Source: Mycobacteriales bacterium (GTDB taxonomy: Bacteria; Actinomycetota; Actinomycetes; Mycobacteriales; SCTD01). Taken from it: a stretch of 64,000 nucleotides of DNA. The stretch covers positions 5,228 through 69,227 of the forward strand of contig JAUYQP010000037.1 of NCBI GenBank assembly GCA_030697205.1, in the 5' to 3' direction. The translations under genes were made by a program, and so were the position numbers. Below are positions 49,871 through 59,847 of the stretch, piece after piece (the first letter of the stretch is position 1; every line of letters starts with the position of its first letter). Under the pieces are notes generated by a model. The model was not told the DNA's origin, searched no databases, and was given only the letters and a program-made list of their open reading frames with translations.

Positions 49871-51106
49871 TCACGTGTCGGTGTGCTTGCCGGCCATGGT
49901 CATCAGCGCCGGCAGCGGAATCGGACGACCGGGGAGCAGCAGGTGCCAGTACACGTGACGGAAGCCGAGCTTCCCCCAGTGGTTGGCGTGGCTCTCCTCG
50001 AGCAGGGTGAACGGCCCGATCCCGGGGACGGGGTACTTCCCGGTGAGGGGCTCGGTGTCGTAGTTGAAGTCGATGAGCAGGCCCTTGCCGTGCCCGGACT
50101 CGATGAAGCAGTTGGCGTGACCGTCGAACGGGTGCGTCATCGGCTCGCCCGCGACGTGCTGGAGGAAGTTCTCGACGAACAGCTCGACGGAGAAGTGCGC
50201 AACCGACCCAGCCTTGGAGGCTGGGATGTCGCTGGCGTCGCCGATCGCGAAGACGTTGTCATGCGCAGTGGACAGCAGGGTGTGCTTGTCGACCGGTACG
50301 TAGTTCAGCTCGTTCCCCAGCCCGGATCGGGCGATGACGTCTGCGCCCATGTTGAGGGGCACGGTCACCAGAAGGTCGAACGGGACCTCCCGCTCGTCCA
50401 TCGAGACCAAGGTCTTCGTGGTCGGATCGATCCGGTCGACCATGAAATCGCCCTCGAGCGCGATCTTGCGGTCTGCGAGCATCCCGCCGAGGTGCTGGGA
50501 CGCGATCGGCTTGGTGAACGCGCCTTCGAGCGGCGTCACGTAGGTGATGTCGACCTTGTCCCGCATCCCCTTCTCCTCGAAGAACGCGTCCGCGAGGAAC
50601 GCGAACTCCAGCGGTGCCACAGGGCACTTGATGGGCATCTCGACGATCTGCACCACCAGCCGACCGCCCGTCCAGCTGGCGAGCTTGTCGCGCAACGCCG
50701 TCGAGCCGTCCAAGGTGTAGAAGTCGAAGATGCTCTTGCGCCACTCAGCCTCTGCCATGCCTGGCGTCTGGTCCGGCCGCGGCGAGGTGCCTGTTGCGAT
50801 GACCAGGTAGTCGTACTCCAGCGTTCTGCCGTCCTGCAGCTGCACCTGGTTGGCCGCCGCGTCGATCCGGTCGACCTCGCTGAGGACCAGCTCGACGCCG
50901 TCCGGGATGAACCGCTGACGGGGCTTCACCAGCTCCTCTGGCGTGTAGACCCCGAACGGAAGAAGCAGGAGCCCGGGCTGGTAGAGGTGGTCACCGTCCT
51001 GGTCGACCACGATGATCTGCCAGTCGGACCGGTCCAGCCGGTGCCGAAGCTTGTTCACCGCCATGGTTCCGGCGGTGCCTGCTCCGAGAACGACGACCCT
51101 TCTCAT
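49871..51106 (-). CDS. sqr: sulfide:quinone oxidoreductase-like FAD-dependent oxidoreductase
   Basis: VVVLGAGTAG dinucleotide fold, IKCPVAPLEF, AIGDASDIP, about 411 aa. ATG 51106 after GGAGGAG. Confidence 0.88.
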   Translation of the reverse strand: MRRVVVLGAGTAGTMAVNKLRHRLDRSDWQIIVVDQDGDHLYQPGLLLLPFGVYTPEELVKPRQRFIPDGVELVLSEVDRIDAAANQVQLQDGRTLEYDYLVIATGTSPRPDQTPGMAEAEWRKSIFDFYTLDGSTALRDKLASWTGGRLVVQIVEMPIKCPVAPLEFAFLADAFFEEKGMRDKVDITYVTPLEGAFTKPIASQHLGGMLADRKIALEGDFMVDRIDPTTKTLVSMDEREVPFDLLVTVPLNMGADVIARSGLGNELNYVPVDKHTLLSTAHDNVFAIGDASDIPASKAGSVAHFSVELFVENFLQHVAGEPMTHPFDGHANCFIESGHGKGLLIDFNYDTEPLTGKYPVPGIGPFTLLEESHANHWGKLGFRHVYWHLLLPGRPIPLPALMTMAGKHTDT

Positions 51107-51308
51107 CACGACTCCTCCTCGAGATCTGCCTGTAGTCAGTCTCTCGATCCGTGCACCTGAACCACAGGGTCGAAGGTCCCCGCCCGCGGCGCATCGGTCC
51201 CTACACCGGGGGCAGAGTCAGCTCGACCGTCGGAGCGCGGGTGAGGGAGTTGTGCACCGGCGTACCGCCACACCACGCCACGAGCCTGGGGGCCGGTCGG
51301 ACTGCTGT

Positions 51309-51325
51309 TTCGGGACCAAGGACCC
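51309..51325. promoter_or_regulatory. DosR/DevR-box-like element TTCGGGACCAAGGACCC upstream of narK
   Basis: The left half-site TTCGGGAC matches the recalled DosR consensus (TTSGGGACTWWAGTCCCSAA), but the right half is degenerate. It lies 64 nt before the narK ATG. Confidence 0.25.
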
Positions 51326-51388
51326 TGCTGCCACAGACGCTGCGCGCTGACACTGTCGTGAGCCGCCTTCCGAAAACCGAGGTCTCCC

Positions 51389-52624
51389 ATGCCCGCCCCC
51401 GTGCCCTCCACCACCATCGCGAAGGGCACCGCCGCAGGCGCACGACCGGCGGTGATGCTCGGCATCGCGGTGCTCGGGTTCGCCGTCAATTTCTGGGCCT
51501 GGGCCCTGCTGAGCCCGCTCGCGATCCGCTTCGCGACCGAGCTGAAGCTCACGCCGTTCCAGCAGGCGCTGGTCGTTGCCGTACCGGTCATCGTCGGGGC
51601 GCTCGGACGCATTCCGGTCGGCGCCCTGACCGACCGCTTCGGAGGTCGGGTGATGTTCCCGATCGTCAGCCTGGCCACGGTCGTCCCGGTCCTCTACCTC
51701 GGGCTCGCTGGGCACACGTCCCTCGCCGGCTTGCTCGTGGGCGGGTTCTTTCTCGGGATCGGCGGGACGGCCTTCGCCATCGGAGTCCCTTTCGTCAACG
51801 CCTGGTTCCCCGCGGAGCGTCGCGGTTTCGCGATCGGCGTCTTCGGCGCCGGGATGGGCGGCACTGCCATCAGTGCGCTCACGACGGTGAAGCTCGCGAA
51901 GGCGTACGGCCTGCAGGCCCCGTTCCTCATCACCGCCGTCGCGCTGGTCGGCTACGCCGCCCTTGCCGCGGTGGTGCTGCGTGATGCGCCCGACCGGATC
52001 ACAAGCGTCGGCGGAACGCTGGCTCGGCTGCGCAACGCCGCAGCCCTCAAGATCACCTGGCAGGCCTCCGCTCTGTACGCGCTCGCCTTCGGCGGGTATG
52101 TCGCCTTCTCGGTCTACTTGCCCACCTACCTCAAGACGGCGTACGCACTCACACCTACGGACGCCGCCAACAAGATGGCCGGCTTCGTGCTGCTGGCAGT
52201 GCTGATGCGCCCAGTGGGCGGCTGGCTGTCCGACCGGGTCCACCCCACGTCCGTGCTGACGTGCGCCTTCATCGCCGTCACGGGTGGTGCCACTGTCCAG
52301 TCCTTCACCCCGCGGCTGTTCCCTATCGGGACGGCGGCCTTCCTGCTGATGGCCGCGGCGCTCGGTGCCGGCACCGGTGCGGTCTTTGCGCTGGTCGCGC
52401 AGCTGGCTCCACCCCAGCAGGTAGGGGCAGTGACCGGCATCGTCGGCGCGGCCGGAGGCCTCGGCGGGTTCGTCCCACCTCTCCTCATGGGCTCGATCTA
52501 CGGCAGCGCGGGCTCCTACGCCGTAGGGCTGCTCCTGCTGGCTGGGGTCGCAGCCGCCGCGCTGCTGTTCACTGCCACGGCGGTGCGACGCATGCAGACC
52601 GCAGGAAGGACACAGCCCGCGTGA
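51389..52624 (+). CDS. narK: NarK/NasA family nitrate/nitrite MFS transporter
   Basis: 12-TM MFS protein with NNP-type Gly-rich blocks (GAGMGGTA, GAAGGLGGF), positioned next to narG. Confidence 0.9.
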   Translation: MPAPVPSTTIAKGTAAGARPAVMLGIAVLGFAVNFWAWALLSPLAIRFATELKLTPFQQALVVAVPVIVGALGRIPVGALTDRFGGRVMFPIVSLATVVPVLYLGLAGHTSLAGLLVGGFFLGIGGTAFAIGVPFVNAWFPAERRGFAIGVFGAGMGGTAISALTTVKLAKAYGLQAPFLITAVALVGYAALAAVVLRDAPDRITSVGGTLARLRNAAALKITWQASALYALAFGGYVAFSVYLPTYLKTAYALTPTDAANKMAGFVLLAVLMRPVGGWLSDRVHPTSVLTCAFIAVTGGATVQSFTPRLFPIGTAAFLLMAAALGAGTGAVFALVAQLAPPQQVGAVTGIVGAAGGLGGFVPPLLMGSIYGSAGSYAVGLLLLAGVAAAALLFTATAVRRMQTAGRTQPA

Positions 52625-52670
52625 CGACACAGGGCTACTGTCCGGTTCATCCGGTGGAAGGAACTCTCCG

Positions 52671-53072
52671 ATGACGGACCGTCTTGACTCGCGGAACGCC
52701 ATCGACGACCTGCTCCTCGGGTTCTACGGAATCGCCGTGACAGATGAACTGCTCGGCCCGGTGTTCGCAGCCGCTCACCTCGACCTGGCGACGCACCTGC
52801 CGAGGATCGGCGACTTCTGGGAGCGCACGCTGCTCGGCACCGGGAGCTATGACGGTCAGCCGATGCTCGTCCACCGGGAGCTGCACCAGCTCGTCCCGCT
52901 GACGCCCGCGCTGTTCGACCGCTGGCTCGAGCTCTGGGCGGCAACGGTGGACGCGCATGCCACCGGGCCCGTCGCAGAGCAGGCCAAGGCGACCGCCCGT
53001 CGCGTGGCCGCTGCCTTCCAGCGCCAGCTGACAGGACCGAACGTCCTCCACATCGTGAGCCGGGCATCGTGA
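52671..53072 (+). CDS. truncated (group III-like) haemoglobin
   Basis: FY...D..LGPVF...HL..IGDFWE..LLG.G.Y.G.P...H..L..L....FDRWLELW matches my recall of the family pattern. The stop overlaps the narG GTG. Confidence 0.78.
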   Translation: MTDRLDSRNAIDDLLLGFYGIAVTDELLGPVFAAAHLDLATHLPRIGDFWERTLLGTGSYDGQPMLVHRELHQLVPLTPALFDRWLELWAATVDAHATGPVAEQAKATARRVAAAFQRQLTGPNVLHIVSRAS

Positions 53073-56000
53073 GAGGTCGCAGTTCACAGCCCGAGACCGT
53101 CCTTCACGGGGATCTCGCGGCGGCCCTGATCCGGGCGGGTCGGCACTTCCGCAAGGGCGAGGTCTCTGCGGACATCCGCGCGCTCTACCAGATCGGCGGA
53201 CGCCAGGCCGACAGCTTCTACCGGGACCGCTGGAGCCACGACAAGGTCGTCCGCTCCACCCATGGCGTGAACTGCACGGGCTCGTGCTCGTGGAAGGTCT
53301 ACGTCAAGGACGGGATCATCACCTGGGAGTCGCAGCAGACCGACTACCCCACGGTAGGCCCGGACAGCCCGGAGTACGAACCCCGCGGCTGCCCCCGGGG
53401 CGCCGCGTTCTCCTGGTACACCTACTCCCCCACCCGCGTCCGGTACCCCTACGTACGAGGCGTTCTGCTGCAGCTGTTCCGCGAGGCCAAGACCCGGCAC
53501 GGCGGCGACCCGGTGCTCGCCTGGGGCGACATCGTGACCAACCCCCTCCTGGCCAAGCAGTACAAGAGCGCGCGAGGCAAGGGCGGTCTGGTCCGGGCCA
53601 CCTGGGCCGAGGCGACCGAGATCGCCGCCGCCGCGCACGTCCACACCATCAAGGCCTTCGGGCCCGACCGAGTCGCCGGCTTCAGCCCAATCCCCGCCAT
53701 GAGCATGGTCAGCCACGCCGCCGGTGCCCGGTTCTACACGCTGCTCGGCGCGCCGCTGCTCTCCTTCTACGACTGGTACGCCGACCTGCCCGTTGCCTCC
53801 CCGCAGGTCTTCGGCGACCAGACCGACGTCCCCGAGTCCGGCGACTGGTGGGACGCGACCTATCTGATGCTCTGGGGCAGCAACGTCCCGGTGACCCGCA
53901 CGCCGGACGCGCACTGGATGGCCGAGGCCCGCTACCGGGGGCAGAAGGTGGTGGTCTGCTCCCCGGACTACTCCGACGCGACGAAGTTCGCCGACGAGTG
54001 GCTCGCGCCGTCACCCGGAACCGATGGGGCGCTGGCGATGGCCATGGGGCACGTGCTGCTGCGCGAGTTCTTCGTCGATCGCGTGACTCCCTACTTCGAC
54101 GGCTACGTGAAGCGCTTCACCGACCTGCCGTTCCTGATCAGCCTCTCGCAGCGTCCCGACGGTACGTACGTCCCTGGCAAGTTCCTCACAGCAGCCGACC
54201 TCGGCCAGGACGTCGAGCACGCGCAGTTCAAGACCGTCCTCATCGACAGCGCCACCGGTGAGGCGGTCGTGCCGAACGGCACCCTCGGCGACCGGTTCGG
54301 CCCCGACGGCGCCGGTCGCTGGAACCTCGAGCTCGGCGACACCGAGCCGCTGCTGACGCTGTACGGCTCCGATGCGGTTGTGGTCGCCCTGCCCCGGTTC
54401 GACAGCGCCGACGGGACGGGCAGCGTCATCGAGCGCGGTGTGCCGGTTCGCACCGTCGCCGGGCGGCTGGTCACCACGGTGTACGACCTGCTGCTCGCCT
54501 CCTACGGCGTCGGCCGCGACGGCCTGCCTGGTGTCTGGCCGACGGGCTACGACGACCCGACCTCCCCGTGCACCCCTGCCTGGCAGGAGGAGATCACCGG
54601 CGTGCCTGCGCACAAGGCCGAGCGGATCGGTCGGGAGTTCGCGCAGAACGCGGTCGACTCACAGGGCCGCTCGATGATCATCATGGGTGCGGGCACGAAT
54701 CACTACTTCCACTCTGACACGATCTACCGGGCTTTCCTGGCGCTGACGACCCTGACCGGGTGCCAGGGCGTGAACGGCGGCGGCTGGGCGCACTACGTCG
54801 GTCAGGAGAAGGTCCGGCCGCTCACAGGGCACCAGGTCCTCGCGATGTCCACCGACTGGCAGCGGCCACCACGGCAGATGATCGGCACCGCGTACTGGTA
54901 CCTGGCCACCGGGCAATGGCGGTACGACCCGTTCCAGGTCGACGTGTTCGCCTCACCCACCGCCGCTCCTGACTTCCAGGGCATGACGACCGCTGACGTG
55001 CTGGCGCAGTCCGCCCGGCTGGGATGGATGCCGTCGTACCCGACCTTCAACTGGAACCCACTGGACCTCGGCGATGCGATCAAGGGCTCGGGCCAGACAC
55101 CCGCGGAGTTCGTCACCCACGGCGTTGCCAACGGCCAGATCCGCTTCGCCGCAGAGGATCCCGACGCGCCGGAGAACTTCCCCCGGGTGCTCACCGTGTG
55201 GCGCGCGAACCTCCTCGGCTCCTCCGGCAAGGGCAACGAGTACTTCATGAAGCACCTGCTCGGCGCCGAGAGCTCACTGCGCGCAGAGGAGGCCCCCGAG
55301 GGCCTGCGCCCCCGCGACGTGACCTGGCGGGAGGAGGCGCCGGAGGGCAAGCTCGACCTGCTGCTCGCCCTGGACTTCCGGATGACTTCCACGACCCTGT
55401 TCGCCGACGTCGTGCTGCCGGCCGCCACCTGGTACGAGAAGCACGACCTGTCGAGCACCGACATGCACCCGTTCGTGCACGCGTTCAGCCCGGCCATCTC
55501 GCCGCCGTGGCAGACCCGCACCGACTTCGACATCTTCTTCGCCTTGGCCAAGGAGGTCAGCACGCAAGCGGCCGGCCACCTCGACACCCGCATGGACCTG
55601 GTGGCCTCACCGCTCGCCCACGACACCCCCGACGAGATGTCGCTGCCCTCCGGGATCGTGAGCGACTGGCGCGCCGACGGCACGGTGCCGGTGCCCGGCG
55701 TGAACTTCCCGAAGCTGACGCTGGTCGAGCGGGACTACACCCAGATCGCCGCCAAGATGGGCGCCCTCGGTCCGCTGGCCGACACCCTCGGCGCGACGAC
55801 AAAGGGCGTGACCTACGACCTGACCGCGCCGGTGGCCTACCTGAAGGCCAAGAACGGCGCGGTCCGTGGCGGCGTCGCCGACGGCCGACCCAGGCTCGAC
55901 CGGGACGTGCACATGTGCGAAGCGATCCTTGCTCTGGCGCCTACGACGAACGGACACCTTGCCGTACAGGGCTTCAAGACCCTGGAGAAGCGAACGGGGA

Positions 56001-56764
56001 CGGCCCTGCACGACCTGGCCGCCGAGCACGAGGGCAAGCAGATCACGTTCGCCGACACCCAAGCCCGACCCACCCCGGTGATCACGTCACCGGAGTGGTC
56101 CGGATCCGAGGCGGGCGGCCGCCGCTACTCACCGTTCGTCATCAACGTCGAGCGGTCCAAGCCCTGGCACACCCTCACCGGGCGGCAGCACTTCTTCGTC
56201 GAGCACGACTGGATGACCTCGTTCGGGGAGCAGCTCAACGTCTTCCGACCGCCGCTCGACATGCAGGGCTTGTTCGCCGAACCCCGTCTCGGGAGCATCG
56301 ACGAACTCGGGGTCACGGTCCGGTACCTGACGCCGCACTCGAAGTGGTCCATCCACTCCGAGTACCAGGACAACCTGTTCATGCTGAGCCTGTCCCGCGG
56401 CGGCCCGACCATCTGGATGAGCAACAAGGACGCGGACAAGGTCGGCATCGAGGACAACGACTGGATCGAAGCCGTCAACCGCAATGGCGTCGTCGTCGCG
56501 CGGGCAATCGTGAGCCACCGGATGCCCGAGGGCACGGTGTTCATGCACCACGCGCAGGAGCGGACGATCGACGTGCCGATCGCCGAGACCAGCGGCAAGC
56601 GCGGAGGCATCCACAACTCCCTGACGCGACTGCTGATGAAGCCGACCCACCTCGCCGGCGGGTACGCGCAGATCAGCTACGCGTTCAACTACCTCGGCCC
56701 CACCGGCAACCAGCGCGACGAGGTCACCAGGATCCGTAAGCGCTCGCAGCAGGTGGAGTACTGA
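53069..56764 (+). CDS. narG: respiratory nitrate reductase alpha subunit
   Basis: 1231 aa. N-terminal H/C-x3-C-x-C FeS0 motif (HGVNCTGSCSW) and Mo-bisMGD domains. Confidence 0.98.
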   Translation: MRGRSSQPETVLHGDLAAALIRAGRHFRKGEVSADIRALYQIGGRQADSFYRDRWSHDKVVRSTHGVNCTGSCSWKVYVKDGIITWESQQTDYPTVGPDSPEYEPRGCPRGAAFSWYTYSPTRVRYPYVRGVLLQLFREAKTRHGGDPVLAWGDIVTNPLLAKQYKSARGKGGLVRATWAEATEIAAAAHVHTIKAFGPDRVAGFSPIPAMSMVSHAAGARFYTLLGAPLLSFYDWYADLPVASPQVFGDQTDVPESGDWWDATYLMLWGSNVPVTRTPDAHWMAEARYRGQKVVVCSPDYSDATKFADEWLAPSPGTDGALAMAMGHVLLREFFVDRVTPYFDGYVKRFTDLPFLISLSQRPDGTYVPGKFLTAADLGQDVEHAQFKTVLIDSATGEAVVPNGTLGDRFGPDGAGRWNLELGDTEPLLTLYGSDAVVVALPRFDSADGTGSVIERGVPVRTVAGRLVTTVYDLLLASYGVGRDGLPGVWPTGYDDPTSPCTPAWQEEITGVPAHKAERIGREFAQNAVDSQGRSMIIMGAGTNHYFHSDTIYRAFLALTTLTGCQGVNGGGWAHYVGQEKVRPLTGHQVLAMSTDWQRPPRQMIGTAYWYLATGQWRYDPFQVDVFASPTAAPDFQGMTTADVLAQSARLGWMPSYPTFNWNPLDLGDAIKGSGQTPAEFVTHGVANGQIRFAAEDPDAPENFPRVLTVWRANLLGSSGKGNEYFMKHLLGAESSLRAEEAPEGLRPRDVTWREEAPEGKLDLLLALDFRMTSTTLFADVVLPAATWYEKHDLSSTDMHPFVHAFSPAISPPWQTRTDFDIFFALAKEVSTQAAGHLDTRMDLVASPLAHDTPDEMSLPSGIVSDWRADGTVPVPGVNFPKLTLVERDYTQIAAKMGALGPLADTLGATTKGVTYDLTAPVAYLKAKNGAVRGGVADGRPRLDRDVHMCEAILALAPTTNGHLAVQGFKTLEKRTGTALHDLAAEHEGKQITFADTQARPTPVITSPEWSGSEAGGRRYSPFVINVERSKPWHTLTGRQHFFVEHDWMTSFGEQLNVFRPPLDMQGLFAEPRLGSIDELGVTVRYLTPHSKWSIHSEYQDNLFMLSLSRGGPTIWMSNKDADKVGIEDNDWIEAVNRNGVVVARAIVSHRMPEGTVFMHHAQERTIDVPIAETSGKRGGIHNSLTRLLMKPTHLAGGYAQISYAFNYLGPTGNQRDEVTRIRKRSQQVEY

Positions 56765-56789
56765 TGAGGCGTCCGGCCGGAGGACGGCA

Positions 56790-58472
56790 ATGAGAGTCAT
56801 GGCCCAGATGGCGATGGTGATGAACCTCGACAAGTGCATCGGCTGCCACACCTGCTCGGTCACCTGCAAGCAGGCGTGGACCAACCGCAGCGGGGTCGAG
56901 TACGTCTGGTTCAACAACGTCGAGACGCGACCGGGCCAGGGCTACCCGCGGACCTACCAGGACCAGGAGCGCTGGCAGGGCGGCTGGACGCTGAACAAGC
57001 GCGGCCGACTGACCCTTCGTGCGGGCGGCCGGGTCAAGAAGCTGCTCAGCATCTTCTCCAACCCGCTGATGCCCTCCATCAACGACTACTACGAGCCGTG
57101 GACCTACGACTACGAGACCCTCACCAACGCCCCGGCGCAGCAGCACAGCCCGGTCGCGCGGCCGACGTCGCTGCTCTCGGGCAAGACCATGAAGGTCCAG
57201 TGGTCGGCGAACTGGGACGACGACCTGGGTGGCGGCCCGAAGCTCACCGAGGACGACCCGATCCTGCAGAAGATCAGCGAGAAGATCACCCTGGACTTCG
57301 AGCAGACGTTCATGTTCTACCTGCCCCGGATCTGCGAGCACTGCCTCAACCCGGCCTGCGCGGCGTCGTGCCCGTCGGGCGCGATCTACAAGCGCGCAGA
57401 GGACGGGATCGTCCTGGTGGACCAGGACAAGTGCCGGGGCTGGCGCATGTGCGTTACCGGCTGCCCCTACAAGAAGGTCTACTTCAACCACAAGACCGGC
57501 AAGGCCGAGAAGTGCACGTTCTGCTACCCCCGGATCGAGGTAGGGCTTCCGACGGTCTGTGCCGAGACCTGCGTGGGCCGACTGCGCTACATCGGTGCTG
57601 TGCTGTACGACGCTGACAAGGTGCTGGACGCGGCCAGTGTGCCCAACGAGCACGACCTCTACCAGGCTCAGCGCGAGGTGTTCCTGGACCCCTCGGACCC
57701 CGCGGTGCAGCAGGCGGCGGAGGATGCGGGCATCCCGCGGGACTGGGTCGACGCGGCCCAGCGGTCCCCGGTGTGGGCGCTGATCAACCGCTTCGAGGTG
57801 GCCCTGCCTCTGCACCCGGAGTACCGCACGTTGCCGATGGTCTGGTACATCCCGCCGCTGTCGCCGGTGGTCGACTCGCTGACCGACACCGGCCACGACG
57901 GCGAGAACGCCCCCAACCTGTTCGGCGCCATCGACACCCTTCGCATCCCGGTCGACTACCTCGCGGAGCTGTTCACCGCCGGGGATCCGACTCCGGTCCG
58001 CAACGTGCTGGCCCGGCTGGCCGCGATGCGCTCGTTCATGCGCGACATCAACCTCGGGCGGGAGCCCGACCTGTCGATCCCCGATGCCGTCGGGATGACC
58101 CCGGAGGACATCGAGGACATGCACCGGCTGCTGGCGATCGCGAAGTACGACGAGCGGTACGTGATCCCGACAGCTCACTCCGAGGACCGCGACCCGTTGC
58201 AGATGGCGCACTCCCTGGAGGAGCTTGCCACCGAGTGCTCCCTCGACTACGAGGACGGGCCGGGAATGGGTGGCTCAGGGCCGTTCGGCGAGTCCTCGGG
58301 CGGCGCCATTCCCGTTGCCGTCGAGAACTTCCACATGCTCAAGCAGCGGCAGCGCTCGGACACCTTCGTCGACCCGTCCGACGGCCGAGAGCGGATCAAC
58401 CTGCTGAACTGGGACGGCAACGGCGGGGCGTACCTGCCACCGACACGCGACCCGGATGAGCAGCCGACATGA
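56790..58472 (+). CDS. narH: respiratory nitrate reductase beta subunit
   Basis: MAQMAMVMNLDKCIGCHTCSVTCK and further ferredoxin-type Cys clusters. Confidence 0.98.
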   Translation: MRVMAQMAMVMNLDKCIGCHTCSVTCKQAWTNRSGVEYVWFNNVETRPGQGYPRTYQDQERWQGGWTLNKRGRLTLRAGGRVKKLLSIFSNPLMPSINDYYEPWTYDYETLTNAPAQQHSPVARPTSLLSGKTMKVQWSANWDDDLGGGPKLTEDDPILQKISEKITLDFEQTFMFYLPRICEHCLNPACAASCPSGAIYKRAEDGIVLVDQDKCRGWRMCVTGCPYKKVYFNHKTGKAEKCTFCYPRIEVGLPTVCAETCVGRLRYIGAVLYDADKVLDAASVPNEHDLYQAQREVFLDPSDPAVQQAAEDAGIPRDWVDAAQRSPVWALINRFEVALPLHPEYRTLPMVWYIPPLSPVVDSLTDTGHDGENAPNLFGAIDTLRIPVDYLAELFTAGDPTPVRNVLARLAAMRSFMRDINLGREPDLSIPDAVGMTPEDIEDMHRLLAIAKYDERYVIPTAHSEDRDPLQMAHSLEELATECSLDYEDGPGMGGSGPFGESSGGAIPVAVENFHMLKQRQRSDTFVDPSDGRERINLLNWDGNGGAYLPPTRDPDEQPT

Positions 58473-59113
58473 GCAGGCGGAAGAGCCCTTCGGCCGCCGA
58501 CCAGGTGATCGCGCTGCAGGCCGCCTCCCTGCTGCTCGGCTACCCCGACGCGGCGCTGTACGCGCAGCTCCCGCTGCTTCGTGAGGCGGCCGACGCTCTG
58601 CCCCAGGAGGCCGCCTCATCGTTGCGGCGGATGGTCGACCACCTCGAGGGCCTCGAGCAGCACCAGGCCGAGCAGGCGTACGTGGACCTGTTCGACCTGC
58701 GACGTAGGTGCTGTCTGTACCTCACGTACTTCGCGTTCGGCGACACCCGAAAGCGAGGGATGGCTCTGCTGAAGTTCACGCACGCCTACAAGGGCGCCGG
58801 GCGCGAGCTCATCGGTGATGAGCTCCCCGACCACCTGTCGGTCGTGTGCGAGTTCGCCGCCGCCGGTGACCTGGCTGCCGGGCTGACTCTGCTCGCGGAG
58901 AACCGCGCCGGGATCGAGCTGATCCGGCTCGCCCTCGCCGATGCCGGGTCGGCGTACGTCCACGCCCTCTGCCTGATTCGCGCGGTCCTGCCCGACCCTG
59001 CCCCGCAGGACCTGGAACGGGCCATGGACCTGGCGCGGACCGGCCCCCCCGAAGAGGAGGTCGGGCTCGAGCCGTTCGCCCCGCCCGAGTACATGGGGGC
59101 GACCCGCCGATGA
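58469..59113 (+). CDS. narJ: nitrate reductase molybdenum cofactor assembly chaperone
   Basis: Position between narH and narI with ATGA overlaps. YV.LFD......LYLT.. block. Confidence 0.92.
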   Translation: MSRRKSPSAADQVIALQAASLLLGYPDAALYAQLPLLREAADALPQEAASSLRRMVDHLEGLEQHQAEQAYVDLFDLRRRCCLYLTYFAFGDTRKRGMALLKFTHAYKGAGRELIGDELPDHLSVVCEFAAAGDLAAGLTLLAENRAGIELIRLALADAGSAYVHALCLIRAVLPDPAPQDLERAMDLARTGPPEEEVGLEPFAPPEYMGATRR

Positions 59114-59847
59114 GCCTCCTGCTGTGGGTGATCATCCCCTACGTCAGCATCGCCGTCTTCGTCGGCGGACACCTCTGGCGCTACCGCTACGACAAGTTCG
59201 GCTGGACCACCAGGTCCAGCCAGCTGTACGAGAAGCGCCTCCTTCGGCTCGGGTCGCCGCTGTTCCACTTCGGGATCCTGGGGGTCGCCGGCGGCCACGT
59301 CGTCGGCCTGCTCGTCCCCGAGACCTGGACGGACGCCGTGGGCGTCTCGGAGGGCCTCTACCACGGAGCGTCCCTTGCCCTCGGCACGATCGCGGGCCTG
59401 GCGACCGTCGTCGGGATGGCGATCCTCATCTACCGCCGACGCACGGTCGGACCGGTCTTCAGCGCCACCACCAAGAACGACAAGGCGATGTACGTGGTGC
59501 TTGGCGCGACCATCCTCGCCGGGCTGCTCACGACCGTCCTGTCCAACGCCCTCGGACATCCGCACGACTACCGGCAGACCGTCGCGCCCTGGTTTCGCTC
59601 GGTGCTGTCCTTCCGCCCCGACAGCACCCTGATCGAGGCAGCGCCCTGGGGCTTCCAGCTCCACGTCGAACTGGCCTGGCTGCTGTTCGCGTTCTGGCCC
59701 TTCACCCGTCTCGTGCACGTCTTCTCGGCCCCGCTCGGATACCTCACCCGTCCATACATCCCGTACCGCTCTCGCGTGGACACGCAGCTCGGCCTGCAAG
59801 GCAGCCGTCGCGGCTGGGAGCCTGTCGACTCCGGAGATCGCACATGA
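59110..59847 (+). CDS. narI: respiratory nitrate reductase gamma subunit
   Basis: Five TM helices with haem-ligating His residues (LFHFGIL, RLVHVFS). Confidence 0.95.
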   Translation: MSLLLWVIIPYVSIAVFVGGHLWRYRYDKFGWTTRSSQLYEKRLLRLGSPLFHFGILGVAGGHVVGLLVPETWTDAVGVSEGLYHGASLALGTIAGLATVVGMAILIYRRRTVGPVFSATTKNDKAMYVVLGATILAGLLTTVLSNALGHPHDYRQTVAPWFRSVLSFRPDSTLIEAAPWGFQLHVELAWLLFAFWPFTRLVHVFSAPLGYLTRPYIPYRSRVDTQLGLQGSRRGWEPVDSGDRT

